From: an uncultured Candidatus Saccharibacteria bacterium | GTDB lineage: Bacteria > Patescibacteriota > Minisyncoccia > SW-4-49-11 | Direction of reading: 5' to 3' | Length of the DNA: 64,000 nt | Assembly: GCA_964585065.1 (NCBI GenBank) | Contig: CAZPCB010000002.1 | Coordinates: forward strand, 1,006-65,005 | Shown: positions 49,788 to 60,383 of the stretch, piece after piece | Layout: each line of letters begins with the position of its first letter | Numbering within the stretch: position 1 is the stretch's first letter | Program-made: the position numbers and the translations under genes | The notes under the pieces: generated by a model | Seen by the model: only the letters and a program-made list of their open reading frames with translations | Databases searched by the model: none | What the model was told of the DNA's origin: nothing

Positions 49788-50924
49788 TTGTATTTAGTTA
49801 AGAATCCTATTAGTACGTCTGTTTTTCAATTATCCAAAAACCAGGTGACACGATTCATAAAAAATGCCACAAGGCATAGCCAAGATAAAATAAGTTGGAT
49901 TATTCTTACCCTCGTAGTAGGATTAGTCGTATTCAGTAATATAGCCTATGCAGGAAAGCTTCCTCTTGGGTCAACTCTTCTTGCTAATAATAATTTAGGA
50001 GGTCCCCTTGATGCATCTCTTGGATCTGTTGGTGTTCTTCAAGGAAATGGAATTCTTGGACTTCCAAGTGATGAAGAGTCTAATACTGATATTCCTGTTG
50101 TTGATACTAATATTATCAATGGTCTTAATGCACCTGAAGGATATACAAAGGAGGCCTCTACTCCTGTAGTTAGAGAATATGTGGTGCAGCAAGGTGATAC
50201 TATTGATAGTATTGCACAAAAATTTGGTATTTCATCCGAAACTGTCGCTATTGCAAATGATATTAAAGACTTAAAACAAAATCCTGCTATTAATACTAAT
50301 TTAGATATTCTTCCAGAAAATGGTGTTGAGGTTGAATTAAAAGAGGGACAATCTTTAGCTGATTTAGCTTCAAGGTATAATGTTTCTGAGCAAACTATAC
50401 GAGATTATAATAATATTGGAGATAATTTAGCTCTTGGAACTACCATTATTATCCCAAATGCAGTTGTTCCTAATGAGGAAAAGCCTTTCCCTACGGCTGA
50501 GCCTGTACAACCCAAGAAAGTTGCTACAAAAAAGTCAATTCCTGCTACCAATGTACAATCAGCTAATCTTCCTAGTAATGATGGGTATTTTGCATTCCCT
50601 ACAACAGGAAATAATTACGGAAGAATTCACTCAAATAATGGTGTAGATATTAGTAATTCTTGTGGTACACCTATTTATGCTTCTGCTGAAGGAGTTATAA
50701 CTACATCTCAAGATGGATGGAATGGTGGATATGGAAATTATATTAAAATCACTCATCCTAATGGAGTTGTAACTCTTTATGGCCATCTTAGCAGTAGAGC
50801 TTTACAAACTGGTGCTTCTGTAACCAAGGGTCAATATCTTGGAGCTATGGGAACTACTGGTAATTCAAGTGGATGTCATCTTCATTTTGAAGTAAGAGGA
50901 GGACGAAATCCTTTAGCTCGATAA
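49788..50924 (+). CDS. LysM + M23 peptidoglycan peptidase
   Basis: Two LysM repeats; HSNNGVDI, YGHL, HLHFEVR. Confidence 0.94.
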   Translation: MYLVKNPISTSVFQLSKNQVTRFIKNATRHSQDKISWIILTLVVGLVVFSNIAYAGKLPLGSTLLANNNLGGPLDASLGSVGVLQGNGILGLPSDEESNTDIPVVDTNIINGLNAPEGYTKEASTPVVREYVVQQGDTIDSIAQKFGISSETVAIANDIKDLKQNPAINTNLDILPENGVEVELKEGQSLADLASRYNVSEQTIRDYNNIGDNLALGTTIIIPNAVVPNEEKPFPTAEPVQPKKVATKKSIPATNVQSANLPSNDGYFAFPTTGNNYGRIHSNNGVDISNSCGTPIYASAEGVITTSQDGWNGGYGNYIKITHPNGVVTLYGHLSSRALQTGASVTKGQYLGAMGTTGNSSGCHLHFEVRGGRNPLAR

Positions 50925-50990
50925 TTTTTATTCCCCTATACAAATAGTACTATTAGGAATATACTGAACGTATATATTAACATTACTATT

Positions 50991-51347
50991 ATGAGTGAAG
51001 AAAAGAAGACCTCTAAAAAAGTAACCATAGTCCCAACTGATAGACAAAAAAATATTGCCGCTATTAGCTATATATTCTTTATTATTGGATATTTTACCGT
51101 AGAAAAAGACTCTCCTTTTGTGAAATTTCATATGAAACAATCTCTCACTTTATTAATTTTTGCTGCTGCTATTAGTTTTACTCTAAGTATTTTTGGGATT
51201 ATACCTATATTAGGTTGGTTAATTGCTTTTTTGGGTGGTATTCTTTCTCTTATTTTATTTGTTATTGGAATTATTAATGCCTTATCTGGAGAAGAAAAAG
51301 AGCTTCCTCTTATTGGTAAATATACTGAAAATTTATTCAGTTTTTAA
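50991..51347 (+). CDS. DUF4870-like small membrane protein
   Basis: AISYI, FVKFHMKQS, ELPLIG. Confidence 0.85.
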   Translation: MSEEKKTSKKVTIVPTDRQKNIAAISYIFFIIGYFTVEKDSPFVKFHMKQSLTLLIFAAAISFTLSIFGIIPILGWLIAFLGGILSLILFVIGIINALSGEEKELPLIGKYTENLFSF

Positions 51348-52867
51348 GCTACTTTTTCGCGATATTGTAAGGCTTCTGCAATATGAGTTATTTGAATATT
51401 CTCTGAATGAGCGATATCCGCAATGGTGCGGGATAATTTGAGAATTCTATTATAGGCTCTGGCGGATAAATTCATTTTCGTGACAGCTTGGGTTAGAAGA
51501 TGTTGTGAGGCTTTATCTAATATACAAATTTCTTGAATTTGTTTTATATTCATTTCACTATTGGTTTTAATTCCCATATGTTGAAATCGTTCTTTTTGTA
51601 TTGCACGAGCTTTTTCTACTCTATTACGAATTGACTCTGATGATTCTTCTAATACTTCTGAAGGCTTAATTAATTCTTCAGTTTTGACTTTTTCTACCTG
51701 AATAATCATATCTATTCTGTCGAGTAATGGCCCGGATATTTTTTGCTGATAGCGTACAATTTGAGCTTGAGAACAAATACATTCTCTATCATTATCAGTA
51801 AGATAGCCACAAGGGCAAGGATTTTGGCTAGCAATAAGCATAAAGTCAGCAGGAAAGGTTAGAGATCCCTGTGCTCTGGATATTGTCACTATTCTATCTT
51901 CTAATGGTTGCCGTAAACTTTCTAATACTAATCGAGGAAACTCCGGAAATTCATCCATATAGAGCACTCCGCGATGAGCGAGACTAATTTCACCTGGTTT
52001 AGGAAAACTCCCGCCTCCGATTAAAGAAATGGACGATGCGGTATGATGTGGTGCTCGAAAGGGTCTACTAATTATGAGTGGGTTATCTGAACTCAGATTT
52101 CCTGCAATACTATATAATTGAGAAACTTCTAATACTTCTTCCCTATCCATTATCGGTAATATGGTGGGTATGGTTCGAGATAATAATGTTTTACCAGCCC
52201 CTGGAGGTCCTGTCATTAATATATTATGCGCTCCCGCGGCTGCGATTTCTAAAGCTCTTTTGGCGAGCTTTTGTCCTCGTATATAAGACATATCTATATC
52301 AGATATATGAGGTTTGGGTATAAAATGATAGGGAGGAGTAGCTTGAATTTGTGTATGTACTTTATTATCAAAATGATCAATTAATTCCTGTATATGACTA
52401 ATGGCTAAAATGGTTATGCCCTCTACAAGAGAAGCTTCTTTGGCATTATCTGCTGGTATAATAATAAAGGGTATATGTTGTTGTTTGGCATATATTGCAA
52501 TTGGTAATATACCTTGTACACCTCGTATTGATCCATCTAATCCCATTTCTCCAAGAATAATATATTCTTTTTCTGGAAATTGAATAAGTTCTAAAGCTTT
52601 TAAGATAGCTACCGCCATTGGTAAATCATAGGCTGTTCCAATTTTCTTTACTTCAGCTGGAGCTAAATTAAGTACAAATCGTTTTTGGGGTAAAACAATG
52701 CCACTATTTTTAAGCCCTAAGCGCATACGCTCTTTAGCTTCATTGATAGCAGTATCGGGTAATCCAACTATTGTAATACCTGGTAATCCCTGAGTCATAT
52801 CAACTTCAATCTCTATTCTTTGCCCATTTAGTCCTAGAGTTGCTGCTGATTGTACTCGGGATAACAT
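51344..52867 (-). CDS. comM: YifB/ComM Mg-chelatase-like AAA+ ATPase
   Basis: VGLPD, NLAPA, GPPGAGKT, RAPHHTAS, NPCPCG, SGPLLDRID. Confidence 0.95.
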   Translation of the reverse strand: MLSRVQSAATLGLNGQRIEIEVDMTQGLPGITIVGLPDTAINEAKERMRLGLKNSGIVLPQKRFVLNLAPAEVKKIGTAYDLPMAVAILKALELIQFPEKEYIILGEMGLDGSIRGVQGILPIAIYAKQQHIPFIIIPADNAKEASLVEGITILAISHIQELIDHFDNKVHTQIQATPPYHFIPKPHISDIDMSYIRGQKLAKRALEIAAAGAHNILMTGPPGAGKTLLSRTIPTILPIMDREEVLEVSQLYSIAGNLSSDNPLIISRPFRAPHHTASSISLIGGGSFPKPGEISLAHRGVLYMDEFPEFPRLVLESLRQPLEDRIVTISRAQGSLTFPADFMLIASQNPCPCGYLTDNDRECICSQAQIVRYQQKISGPLLDRIDMIIQVEKVKTEELIKPSEVLEESSESIRNRVEKARAIQKERFQHMGIKTNSEMNIKQIQEICILDKASQHLLTQAVTKMNLSARAYNRILKLSRTIADIAHSENIQITHIAEALQYREKVA

Positions 52868-52871
52868 ATAT

Positions 52872-53981
52872 TTAATCTCGAATTGGCATTATAAGATAAA
52901 AGAAATCTGGAATATCAGGACTTTTGAGAATAACAGGAGAATCCGTATCATTAAGGTTGAATTGTATTGGCTTATCTTGGAATAATTGTATACCGTCCAA
53001 AAGATAATTATAATTAAAGGCTACAGCCAAATTAATTTCACCCGTACTATGTATAGGTAATTTAGTGGTATTAGCTCCAACTTGAGAATCTGAAGAACTA
53101 ATGCTCAAAGTACTATCATCTTGAATAGTTAATTTGACATCATGAACCGTATTCTGAGAGAATACTGAAGCTAATTTTATAGCCTGTACTAATTCCTGAC
53201 TATCTATATCAAATAATGTATTGAATTTTTGAGGAATAAGTCCTTCATATTGAGGAAAATTCCCTTCAATTAATTTTGATACTATTTCTACCGTATCAGC
53301 AATAATATGTATTTGAGAAGCTCCAAATTGTAATGTCACTTCTACTTCTTCTAGGGCGTCCAATACTCGAATAATTTCTGCTACTGTTTTACTTGGAATA
53401 ATAAGAGAAAAATTTTCTTCAGCAGGACTTGATAAAGTAATTCTCTTTTCACTAAGTCGAAATCCATCAGTTCCAACAAAAATTAATTGCTGATCTTTTT
53501 TTGCAATATATACTCCGGAAATTTCTGGGCGAAAATCATTTTTAGGTAAAGCACCATATACTGTCTTGAGAGCTTGCTTCAATTCTATACTTCCTACCAC
53601 TAATTGCTTATTTGCTTCTATTTGGGGAAGTTGTGGGAATTCATCTGCAATAATACCTTTGAATTCAGCAGTAATATCTTTTCCTTGTTCTATAGTAAGT
53701 TTATCATCTACAACCGTTAAATCTAATTTATCTTGTGGTAAATTTCGAATATAGGCAAGTAAAGTATCTTGAGGAATACAAATAGCCCCTTCAGCTTCTT
53801 CTTTTCCTCTAATATGTACCCGTATTCCAATTTCTAAATTGGTGGAGCTAATTGTGAGTGATCCTTTATCTCCTTGTAATAAAAAGGTTTGTAAAACTGG
53901 TAATGTTGTAGCTCGTGAAGAACTTTGCCGAGCTATACTCAGTCCCTTTAAAAGATTTTCTTGCAAACAGGTGAATTTCAT
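52872..53981 (-). CDS. dnaN: DNA polymerase III beta clamp
   Basis: STNLE, GTDGFRLSE, LIEGNFP, LIMPIR. Confidence 0.97.
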   Translation of the reverse strand: MKFTCLQENLLKGLSIARQSSSRATTLPVLQTFLLQGDKGSLTISSTNLEIGIRVHIRGKEEAEGAICIPQDTLLAYIRNLPQDKLDLTVVDDKLTIEQGKDITAEFKGIIADEFPQLPQIEANKQLVVGSIELKQALKTVYGALPKNDFRPEISGVYIAKKDQQLIFVGTDGFRLSEKRITLSSPAEENFSLIIPSKTVAEIIRVLDALEEVEVTLQFGASQIHIIADTVEIVSKLIEGNFPQYEGLIPQKFNTLFDIDSQELVQAIKLASVFSQNTVHDVKLTIQDDSTLSISSSDSQVGANTTKLPIHSTGEINLAVAFNYNYLLDGIQLFQDKPIQFNLNDTDSPVILKSPDIPDFFYLIMPIRD

Positions 53982-54331
53982 ATCTTCTCTATCTTACTCT
54001 ATTTCTATATATGTATTATACCTTGAATAATTCCTTTTTTCTAGTTTATTTGTTTTCTTGTCCTTTATTTATATAAAGTATAATAGTAGATAGTAGTATG
54101 TGTGGAAAAGCTGAAAACTGGTTTTTGACCGCATAAATACTGTGTGTCAAGTGGGGATATCATTTGGGATAAGTCTCTTATAACTTTGGGGATAAAACAG
54201 AGTGGGAAAAATCTCTGTGGATTAAGTCCTATTTATACACAATAGTATTCACAGAAATCTAGTGATTTTATATAAGTTATACACAACTTATTAACAATAG
54301 TTAAGGAATTACAAAGGAGGTTTTTTCTGTA
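53982..54331. promoter_or_regulatory. Probable replication origin oriC
   Basis: AT-rich dnaN-dnaA intergenic region; TAG trinucleotide run at 54081-54099 next to TGTGGAAAA (54101); further boxes TGTGGATTA, TTATACACA x2, TGGGGATAA. Confidence 0.85.
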
Positions 54332-55774
54332 TTATGAAGATGCGGGATTTTCCTCATTATATAATTTATTTTTTAATAACGTAATATCTTGCTCAAGACT
54401 GTAATTGGTTACAATATCCTTTTTTACCTTATTCCAAGCATGCATAACTGTGCTATGATCTTTACCCCCTAATAATTCTCCAATATTAGGAAAAGTAAGC
54501 TTTAATTCTTCTCGAATTAAGTACATCGCAATTTGCCTTGGTATTGCGATATCTTTTTTACGGCTTTTAGACAATAAATCTTCTTTGGTAATATGAAAAT
54601 GTTCAGCCACGGTATCGAGAATCATATCAGTGTTCACAATACGTTGAGAATGAATTTGTCCCCCTTCAATTAACTTATCTACTAATTCAGGAGTAACTTT
54701 GGCTCCTAGAAGTTGTACTCGTCCAATAATTTTATTTAGAGCCCCCTCTAATTCACGCACATTGCTTCGTATGCGCTCAGCAATGACATAAATAATATCA
54801 TCATCAAGATGAAAATTCTTTTGAATACATTTACTTTTAAGAATAGCTACACGAGTTTCAAATTCTGGAATAGCTACATCCACAATCATACCTCCTTCAA
54901 ATCGAGACTTTAATCTATCATTTAAAGTCTTTATAGCACTTGGTGGTCTATCACTTGTGAATACAATTTGCTTATTATGAGCATAAAGTTCATTAAAGGT
55001 ATTAAAAACCTCATATTGAGTAGCCTCTTTACCCCCAATAAATTGAATATCGTCAATAATCAAGAGATCAACAGCTCTATGCCGAGCTTTAAAATCTTCC
55101 ATACGTCCATTTTTGAGAGAATTCATTAAATCTGAGATGAATACATCTGAGGTAACATACAGGATATTCTTATTCTTTTTATTGAGACTATTCGCAATAG
55201 CTTGAATAAGATGAGTTTTCCCTAATCCCACACCTCCATAAATAAATAAGGGATTATAACGAGTTCCAGGCTCATTTGCAACTGATTGAGCAGCAGCATG
55301 GGCAAGTTCATTGGATGATCCCACAATAAAATTTTCAAAAGTATAATTCTCTTTTAAGAGAGCAGTTCCACTGGGCTTAGCAGGGATAATAGTAGGCTCA
55401 GCATATTGATAATTGGGATCCGTATTCTCATTATTCTGCTTTTCCTCTATTTTAGACTTTTTCTCCTTTAATTCTTTATCTTTGAGGTTAATAACAGATT
55501 GAATAGCTTTAGGAGATTGTTTTTGGGTATTTTGAACTACATATTTTACCCGTTTTATAGAACCGGTAATCTTTTGAATGGAGTTTAGAATAGTAACATT
55601 AAATTTATTCTCAAGCCAATCCCGTGTAAAGGCGCTTGGTACGCAAATTACAATTTCTTTATCATCCATACTTATGGGATAAGTATTTTTGATCCACGTA
55701 TTAAACTGAGGTTTACTGATATTGAGTTCTATCTCACCTAATACTGAGTTCCAAACTCTTTGTTTCTCGTCCAT
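54332..55774 (-). CDS. dnaA: Chromosomal replication initiator DnaA
   Basis: YTFENF, YNPLFIYGGVGLGKTHL, IDDIQF, RELEGAL, KDHSTVMHA; DnaA box TGTGGATAA upstream at 55807. Confidence 0.99.
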   Translation of the reverse strand: MDEKQRVWNSVLGEIELNISKPQFNTWIKNTYPISMDDKEIVICVPSAFTRDWLENKFNVTILNSIQKITGSIKRVKYVVQNTQKQSPKAIQSVINLKDKELKEKKSKIEEKQNNENTDPNYQYAEPTIIPAKPSGTALLKENYTFENFIVGSSNELAHAAAQSVANEPGTRYNPLFIYGGVGLGKTHLIQAIANSLNKKNKNILYVTSDVFISDLMNSLKNGRMEDFKARHRAVDLLIIDDIQFIGGKEATQYEVFNTFNELYAHNKQIVFTSDRPPSAIKTLNDRLKSRFEGGMIVDVAIPEFETRVAILKSKCIQKNFHLDDDIIYVIAERIRSNVRELEGALNKIIGRVQLLGAKVTPELVDKLIEGGQIHSQRIVNTDMILDTVAEHFHITKEDLLSKSRKKDIAIPRQIAMYLIREELKLTFPNIGELLGGKDHSTVMHAWNKVKKDIVTNYSLEQDITLLKNKLYNEENPASS

Positions 55775-55997
55775 TGCAATCGTCTAAATTGATGATGTTG
55801 ATAATCTGTGGATAAGTTGATTTTATTATACGCTATTGCAGGATTTTTGCAAAGATATCCCCATTAAAGATTGAGTATAAGCTATAATTCACTTTGAATT
55901 CACTTTCAAAAATAACCCTCCCTCAACAATACGGTATTATATCTTGACTTTCTCTTAATAATAAGCTATAATATGCAACAAGTCTATCGTTATATAT

Positions 55998-56132
55998 ATG
56001 ATCAAAGGAGCAGCAAGTAAGAATCGTAAAAGAAATCGCCGACATGGTTTTTTGTCTCGTATGGCAACAAAGTCGGGACGAGCTTTAATTAATCGACGCC
56101 GAGCAAGAGGACGAGCAAAATTATCCGTCTAA
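55998..56132 (+). CDS. rpmH: 50S ribosomal protein L34 (not in the ORF track)
   Basis: [44 protein letters not shown]. Confidence 0.95.
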   Translation: MIKGAASKNRKRNRRHGFLSRMATKSGRALINRRRARGRAKLSV

Positions 56133-56154
56133 TTTACTTTATATAAAAAACACA

Positions 56155-56475
56155 ATGGAGCGGCTGCATGAATCATCAGATATAGCCTCTATATTTGCTG
56201 AGATTAAGCCTCAATATCTTGATATATTTCAGATATATACTCGCCCGAGTGACAAAGATATTACTCGATTGGGTATTATTATTTCAAAAAAACATATACC
56301 ACTTGCTGTCAACCGCAATAGATTCAAAAGACAAGTCCGAGAATTATTTCGCAAGCAAATTGATACAAAAACTAGACATTATGATATACTTGTACTAGTG
56401 CGCAATCGTCCAAAACAAGAGAACAAAACTCAAGTATTTGAGCAATTAACTCAATATATTAATACCTTAATCTAA
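56155..56475 (+). CDS. rnpA: Ribonuclease P protein component
   Basis: RLGIIISKK, AVNRNRFKRQVRE. Confidence 0.94.
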   Translation: MERLHESSDIASIFAEIKPQYLDIFQIYTRPSDKDITRLGIIISKKHIPLAVNRNRFKRQVRELFRKQIDTKTRHYDILVLVRNRPKQENKTQVFEQLTQYINTLI

Positions 56476-56484
56476 ACAATCTGT

Positions 56485-57243
56485 ATGGGATGGCTATTCA
56501 ATGAATTATTATATCGACCATTATTCAACTCAATGGTATTCTTCTATGATATTATACCAGGAGCTAATCTTGGTTTAGCAATTATACTTACCACCCTTAT
56601 TGTGCGAGTATTAATGATACCTTTGTATAGGGCTAGTATAAAAAGTCAGCGAGAAATTACTATTATACAACCTATAATTAAGGAAATACAGACTAAGTAT
56701 AAAGATGATAAGCAAAAGCTTTCTGAGGAGTTAATGAAAGCCTATAAAGAGCATAATGTTAATCCATTTGCGGGAATAGTATTATTATTAGTACAACTCC
56801 CTATACTTATTGCTATTTATCAGGTATCTCTCAATTTATTCAAGCCTGAAACCTATCCTGCGCTTTATTCTTTTGTAACTTTGCCAGAGAATGGGTTTAA
56901 CAATATGTCATTCTTTTCTTTAAATATAGCTGAGCCAAACAATATTATACTCGCCTTACTAGTTGGAATTTCACAGTATTATCAGATTCGACTTATTATG
57001 AAGAGAACTCAACCAAAAAAAGTTGAAGATAAGAAAAAGAAAAAATCAGATAAGCCAGAAGCACCAGATTTTGCAACTATTCTCAATAAACAAATGTTAT
57101 TCTTAATGCCAATACTAGTCACAGTATTTGCTTATACATTACCAGCATCTATGAGTTTGTATTGGATTACTACAACCGTATTCACTATAGTACAAGAGTT
57201 TTTCCTTATCAGACAAGTTGATAAAGCAGAGGGGGTAAAATAA
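56485..57243 (+). CDS. yidC: Membrane protein insertase YidC/Oxa1
   Basis: GLAIILTTLIVR, QLPIL, SLYW; conserved position after rnpA. Confidence 0.95.
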   Translation: MGWLFNELLYRPLFNSMVFFYDIIPGANLGLAIILTTLIVRVLMIPLYRASIKSQREITIIQPIIKEIQTKYKDDKQKLSEELMKAYKEHNVNPFAGIVLLLVQLPILIAIYQVSLNLFKPETYPALYSFVTLPENGFNNMSFFSLNIAEPNNIILALLVGISQYYQIRLIMKRTQPKKVEDKKKKKSDKPEAPDFATILNKQMLFLMPILVTVFAYTLPASMSLYWITTTVFTIVQEFFLIRQVDKAEGVK

Positions 57244-57252
57244 TACTCATCT

Positions 57253-58683
57253 ATGACATTAAATAAGAAATTAGCCCTGAATAGTATTATCCAAATTTTA
57301 GGTAAATTTGTGATGATAGTAGTTGGGTTTATTTCTATACGTATACTCACCACCACATTGGGAGTAGAAGGATTTGGAGCTTATATTACTATTACTAGTT
57401 ATCTCATTATCGCGAGCGTAATCGCTGAATATGGATTTAATGCCTTACTCACCACCGAAATCGCCGGTAAAAATGAGGAAGAAGCAGGACATATTGTAAA
57501 TAATCTATTCACTGCCCGCCTGTTAATGGCAATATCCATAATTGGTATATTTGCCTCTTTGGCTGTATGGCTTATCCCATCCTATTCTACAGAGGTGAAA
57601 TGGCTAGTTGCTCTTGGGGCTATAGGAACAATAGGATCATCATTATCTCAGGTTTTGGTAGGAGTATTTCAGACCAAATTACGCACAGATAAAATCACTA
57701 TAGGAGATTTTATTGCCCGAATCACATTAACTGTAGGAGTTATTCTTCTTGCCCTACTTGGTACGGTGAATTTATTCTGGGTAATGGTAGTATATAGCAT
57801 AGCAGGAATTGCTCAGGCTATTTTTGTCATATCCGCCACTTATAAATATTATCCTCTCAAACTCACTATCGATTGGCCTTATTGGAAATATATATTCAAA
57901 AAAGCCTTTCCCCTCTTTATTATTATTACCTTTAATCTCATCTATTATCGAATAGATGTCATTATGTTATCCATAATGAAAGATCAAAGCGCAGTGGGAT
58001 TATATGGAGCTGCTTACAAAATCCTTGAAGTTTTAATTGCTCTACCTGGAATGTTTATGGGATTATTATTACCCCTATTTGCAAAATATTATAAACAAGA
58101 CCGAGAGAGATTCAAACATGTATTCCAGCAAGCTTTTAATATCCTACTCACTATCGCAATACCATTAACCGTAGGAGGAATACTATTATCTGGTAAAATA
58201 CTGGAACTTATTGCAGGAGCAGAATTCCTCCCTGCTACCGCTACATTACAAATCTTATTTGTAGGAATAGGGTTTATATTTATGGGGAATCTTATGGGGC
58301 ATATCTTAATAGGAGCTGAGTTTCAGAATAAAAGTATGTATATTGCTATTATTGGGGCATTCTTTAATGTAGGGCTTAATCTCTATCTTATACCCCGATA
58401 CTCCTATTTTGGAGCTGCAGCAGCAACCGCTATAACAGAGGGATTGGTCCTTATTAGCTATATTTATCTGGTTAGGCGATATGTAAAATGGTTCCCACGC
58501 TTCCAATGGATACATATACTGACACTTGTCGCCACTGCAATAATGGGAATAGTATTATATGTAATACATGATTGGAATATATTTCTTCAATCGGTGATAG
58601 CGGTATTAGTATTTGGGCTTACTCTTCTTCCCCTTGGAATTAATCGACTAAAACAGTATTATGCCATCAATATTCAAGAATAA
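57253..58683 (+). CDS. Polysaccharide flippase (Wzx/MOP superfamily)
   Basis: Many TM segments, RIDVIML, VGLYGAAYK, LIPRYSYFGAA. Confidence 0.9.
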   Translation: MTLNKKLALNSIIQILGKFVMIVVGFISIRILTTTLGVEGFGAYITITSYLIIASVIAEYGFNALLTTEIAGKNEEEAGHIVNNLFTARLLMAISIIGIFASLAVWLIPSYSTEVKWLVALGAIGTIGSSLSQVLVGVFQTKLRTDKITIGDFIARITLTVGVILLALLGTVNLFWVMVVYSIAGIAQAIFVISATYKYYPLKLTIDWPYWKYIFKKAFPLFIIITFNLIYYRIDVIMLSIMKDQSAVGLYGAAYKILEVLIALPGMFMGLLLPLFAKYYKQDRERFKHVFQQAFNILLTIAIPLTVGGILLSGKILELIAGAEFLPATATLQILFVGIGFIFMGNLMGHILIGAEFQNKSMYIAIIGAFFNVGLNLYLIPRYSYFGAAAATAITEGLVLISYIYLVRRYVKWFPRFQWIHILTLVATAIMGIVLYVIHDWNIFLQSVIAVLVFGLTLLPLGINRLKQYYAINIQE

Positions 58684-59452
58684 AACCATATCATTCATTA
58701 TAGTCTCATATAAGACGAAACATTATCTAGAAGATTGTATCAAAGCTATTATCTCATCTACCACAGGAGATTATGAGATAATAGTAGTCGAGAATAATTC
58801 AAGAGAGAATTTAGATAGCCTCCAAGACTTATCCACAGAAAGAATACATATTGTGTATTCAGATAAAAATGCTGGATTTGGAGCCGGAGTAAATATAGGA
58901 GCCACTAAAGCTACAGGTTACTGGCTATGCTTTATTAATCCCGACACCAGAATACAAGGAGATATCCACACTTTATCCACAATGAGTGAAAATACGGGGA
59001 TAATTGGACTGGCTCTTGTGGATAACAATAATCATATACAAGATTATCAGTATGGAGCTTTCCCCACACCACAAAGTATAATCACCAATACTGCTAAAAA
59101 GACTTGGCAAATGCCCACAGATCAGACGATTTCTACCGATTGGGTAAGTGGAGGGTCACTATGTATAGAGACTGCTTTATTCCGCGAACTTGGAGGTTTT
59201 GATGAGCAATTCTTTATGTATTATGAAGATATAGATTTATGCCAGCGAGCTAAACAAATAGACAGAGACATAGAATGGACACAACAAATAACTGTCTGGC
59301 ATCAAGAAGGTGGATCTGAGAGTAATATCAAGAGAACCAAGGAGAGATATTATACTGCCCAGAGAAAATATATCGCAAAATGGTATAGTGATTATTGGAA
59401 TCTCCTCCTAATGCCAATACATTTGGGATTATTAATCAGAGGAAAGTTTTAA
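58661..59452 (+). CDS. GT2 family glycosyltransferase
   Basis: IIVSY, NAGFGAGVN, INPD, GGFDEQFFMYYEDID. Confidence 0.93.
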   Translation: MPSIFKNKTISFIIVSYKTKHYLEDCIKAIISSTTGDYEIIVVENNSRENLDSLQDLSTERIHIVYSDKNAGFGAGVNIGATKATGYWLCFINPDTRIQGDIHTLSTMSENTGIIGLALVDNNNHIQDYQYGAFPTPQSIITNTAKKTWQMPTDQTISTDWVSGGSLCIETALFRELGGFDEQFFMYYEDIDLCQRAKQIDRDIEWTQQITVWHQEGGSESNIKRTKERYYTAQRKYIAKWYSDYWNLLLMPIHLGLLIRGKF

Positions 59453-59510
59453 AACTTAGATTTTAAAGGTATAATATAGCAAGTAGTCGTAATAATGTAT
59501 AAATCTGGGT

Positions 59511-60377
59511 ATGAATTTAGAAGATAATGTAAATAAACATAATAATTATGTCATTAACCCCCTAACTAATGAGGAGTTAAATGGTTTTTTAGATGATAAA
59601 TCAAGAGATATTATTAAATATTTTATTGTTAAGTCATTATTTTCTCAGCCTGAACCAAAATTAGATCAAAATCAAATCCCCATACAGATACCTAAAGAAC
59701 ATGTTGAACAATGGTTTACACAAGCTCTCAATGTTCACTCTGTTGGTGCTGGTTCATACCCTATTGATATATATAACTTGGAACAAAAATGGGGTGCAGA
59801 TATTAAGATGTTAAATATTAAAGTAGATAAATTTGGAAATATTACAAATAGTAGTAGTGGTGAAGCTTCTCTAGGTCAAAAATTTACAGGACCAGGCATT
59901 GATCTAGATACTTGGTTTGCTCAAAAAGAATATAAAAAAATTAAAGATAGTTGGGTTAATCTATACAATGAGAAATATAACTCAATTAAAGATAAATATG
60001 AAATTAATAAAATCTATTACTTTTTTATACTAAGACCAGGTACTCAGGTAGAGGGGGCAGATTTCTATTTTACAGGAGCTATTATTGATTTAGATAATCT
60101 TCATAAGATTGAAGTTAATAAGAAAAAAACAACGAGTAAATCTGTATTTCTAAATCATTTTATCGATAATGATTATGGGAACATAAAGATTTATAAAGCA
60201 AAGAAAAGACTTGAGCTGAGACTAAATCCAAAGAAATGGATAGAAAATGGATTTTCTCTTAAAATATCTACTTCATTTCAAAATAAACCTATTAATCTAA
60301 GAGACGACTATACAGATAGTTATCTAGATGATCGTATAGATCAATTAAAAAATGTCACTATTAACTTTATAGAATAA
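59511..60377 (+). CDS. Putative type II restriction endonuclease
   Basis: Convergent with a C5 MTase; PIDI...ADIK resembles PD-(D/E)xK. Confidence 0.6.
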   Translation: MNLEDNVNKHNNYVINPLTNEELNGFLDDKSRDIIKYFIVKSLFSQPEPKLDQNQIPIQIPKEHVEQWFTQALNVHSVGAGSYPIDIYNLEQKWGADIKMLNIKVDKFGNITNSSSGEASLGQKFTGPGIDLDTWFAQKEYKKIKDSWVNLYNEKYNSIKDKYEINKIYYFFILRPGTQVEGADFYFTGAIIDLDNLHKIEVNKKKTTSKSVFLNHFIDNDYGNIKIYKAKKRLELRLNPKKWIENGFSLKISTSFQNKPINLRDDYTDSYLDDRIDQLKNVTINFIE

Positions 60378-60383
60378 CTAAAT

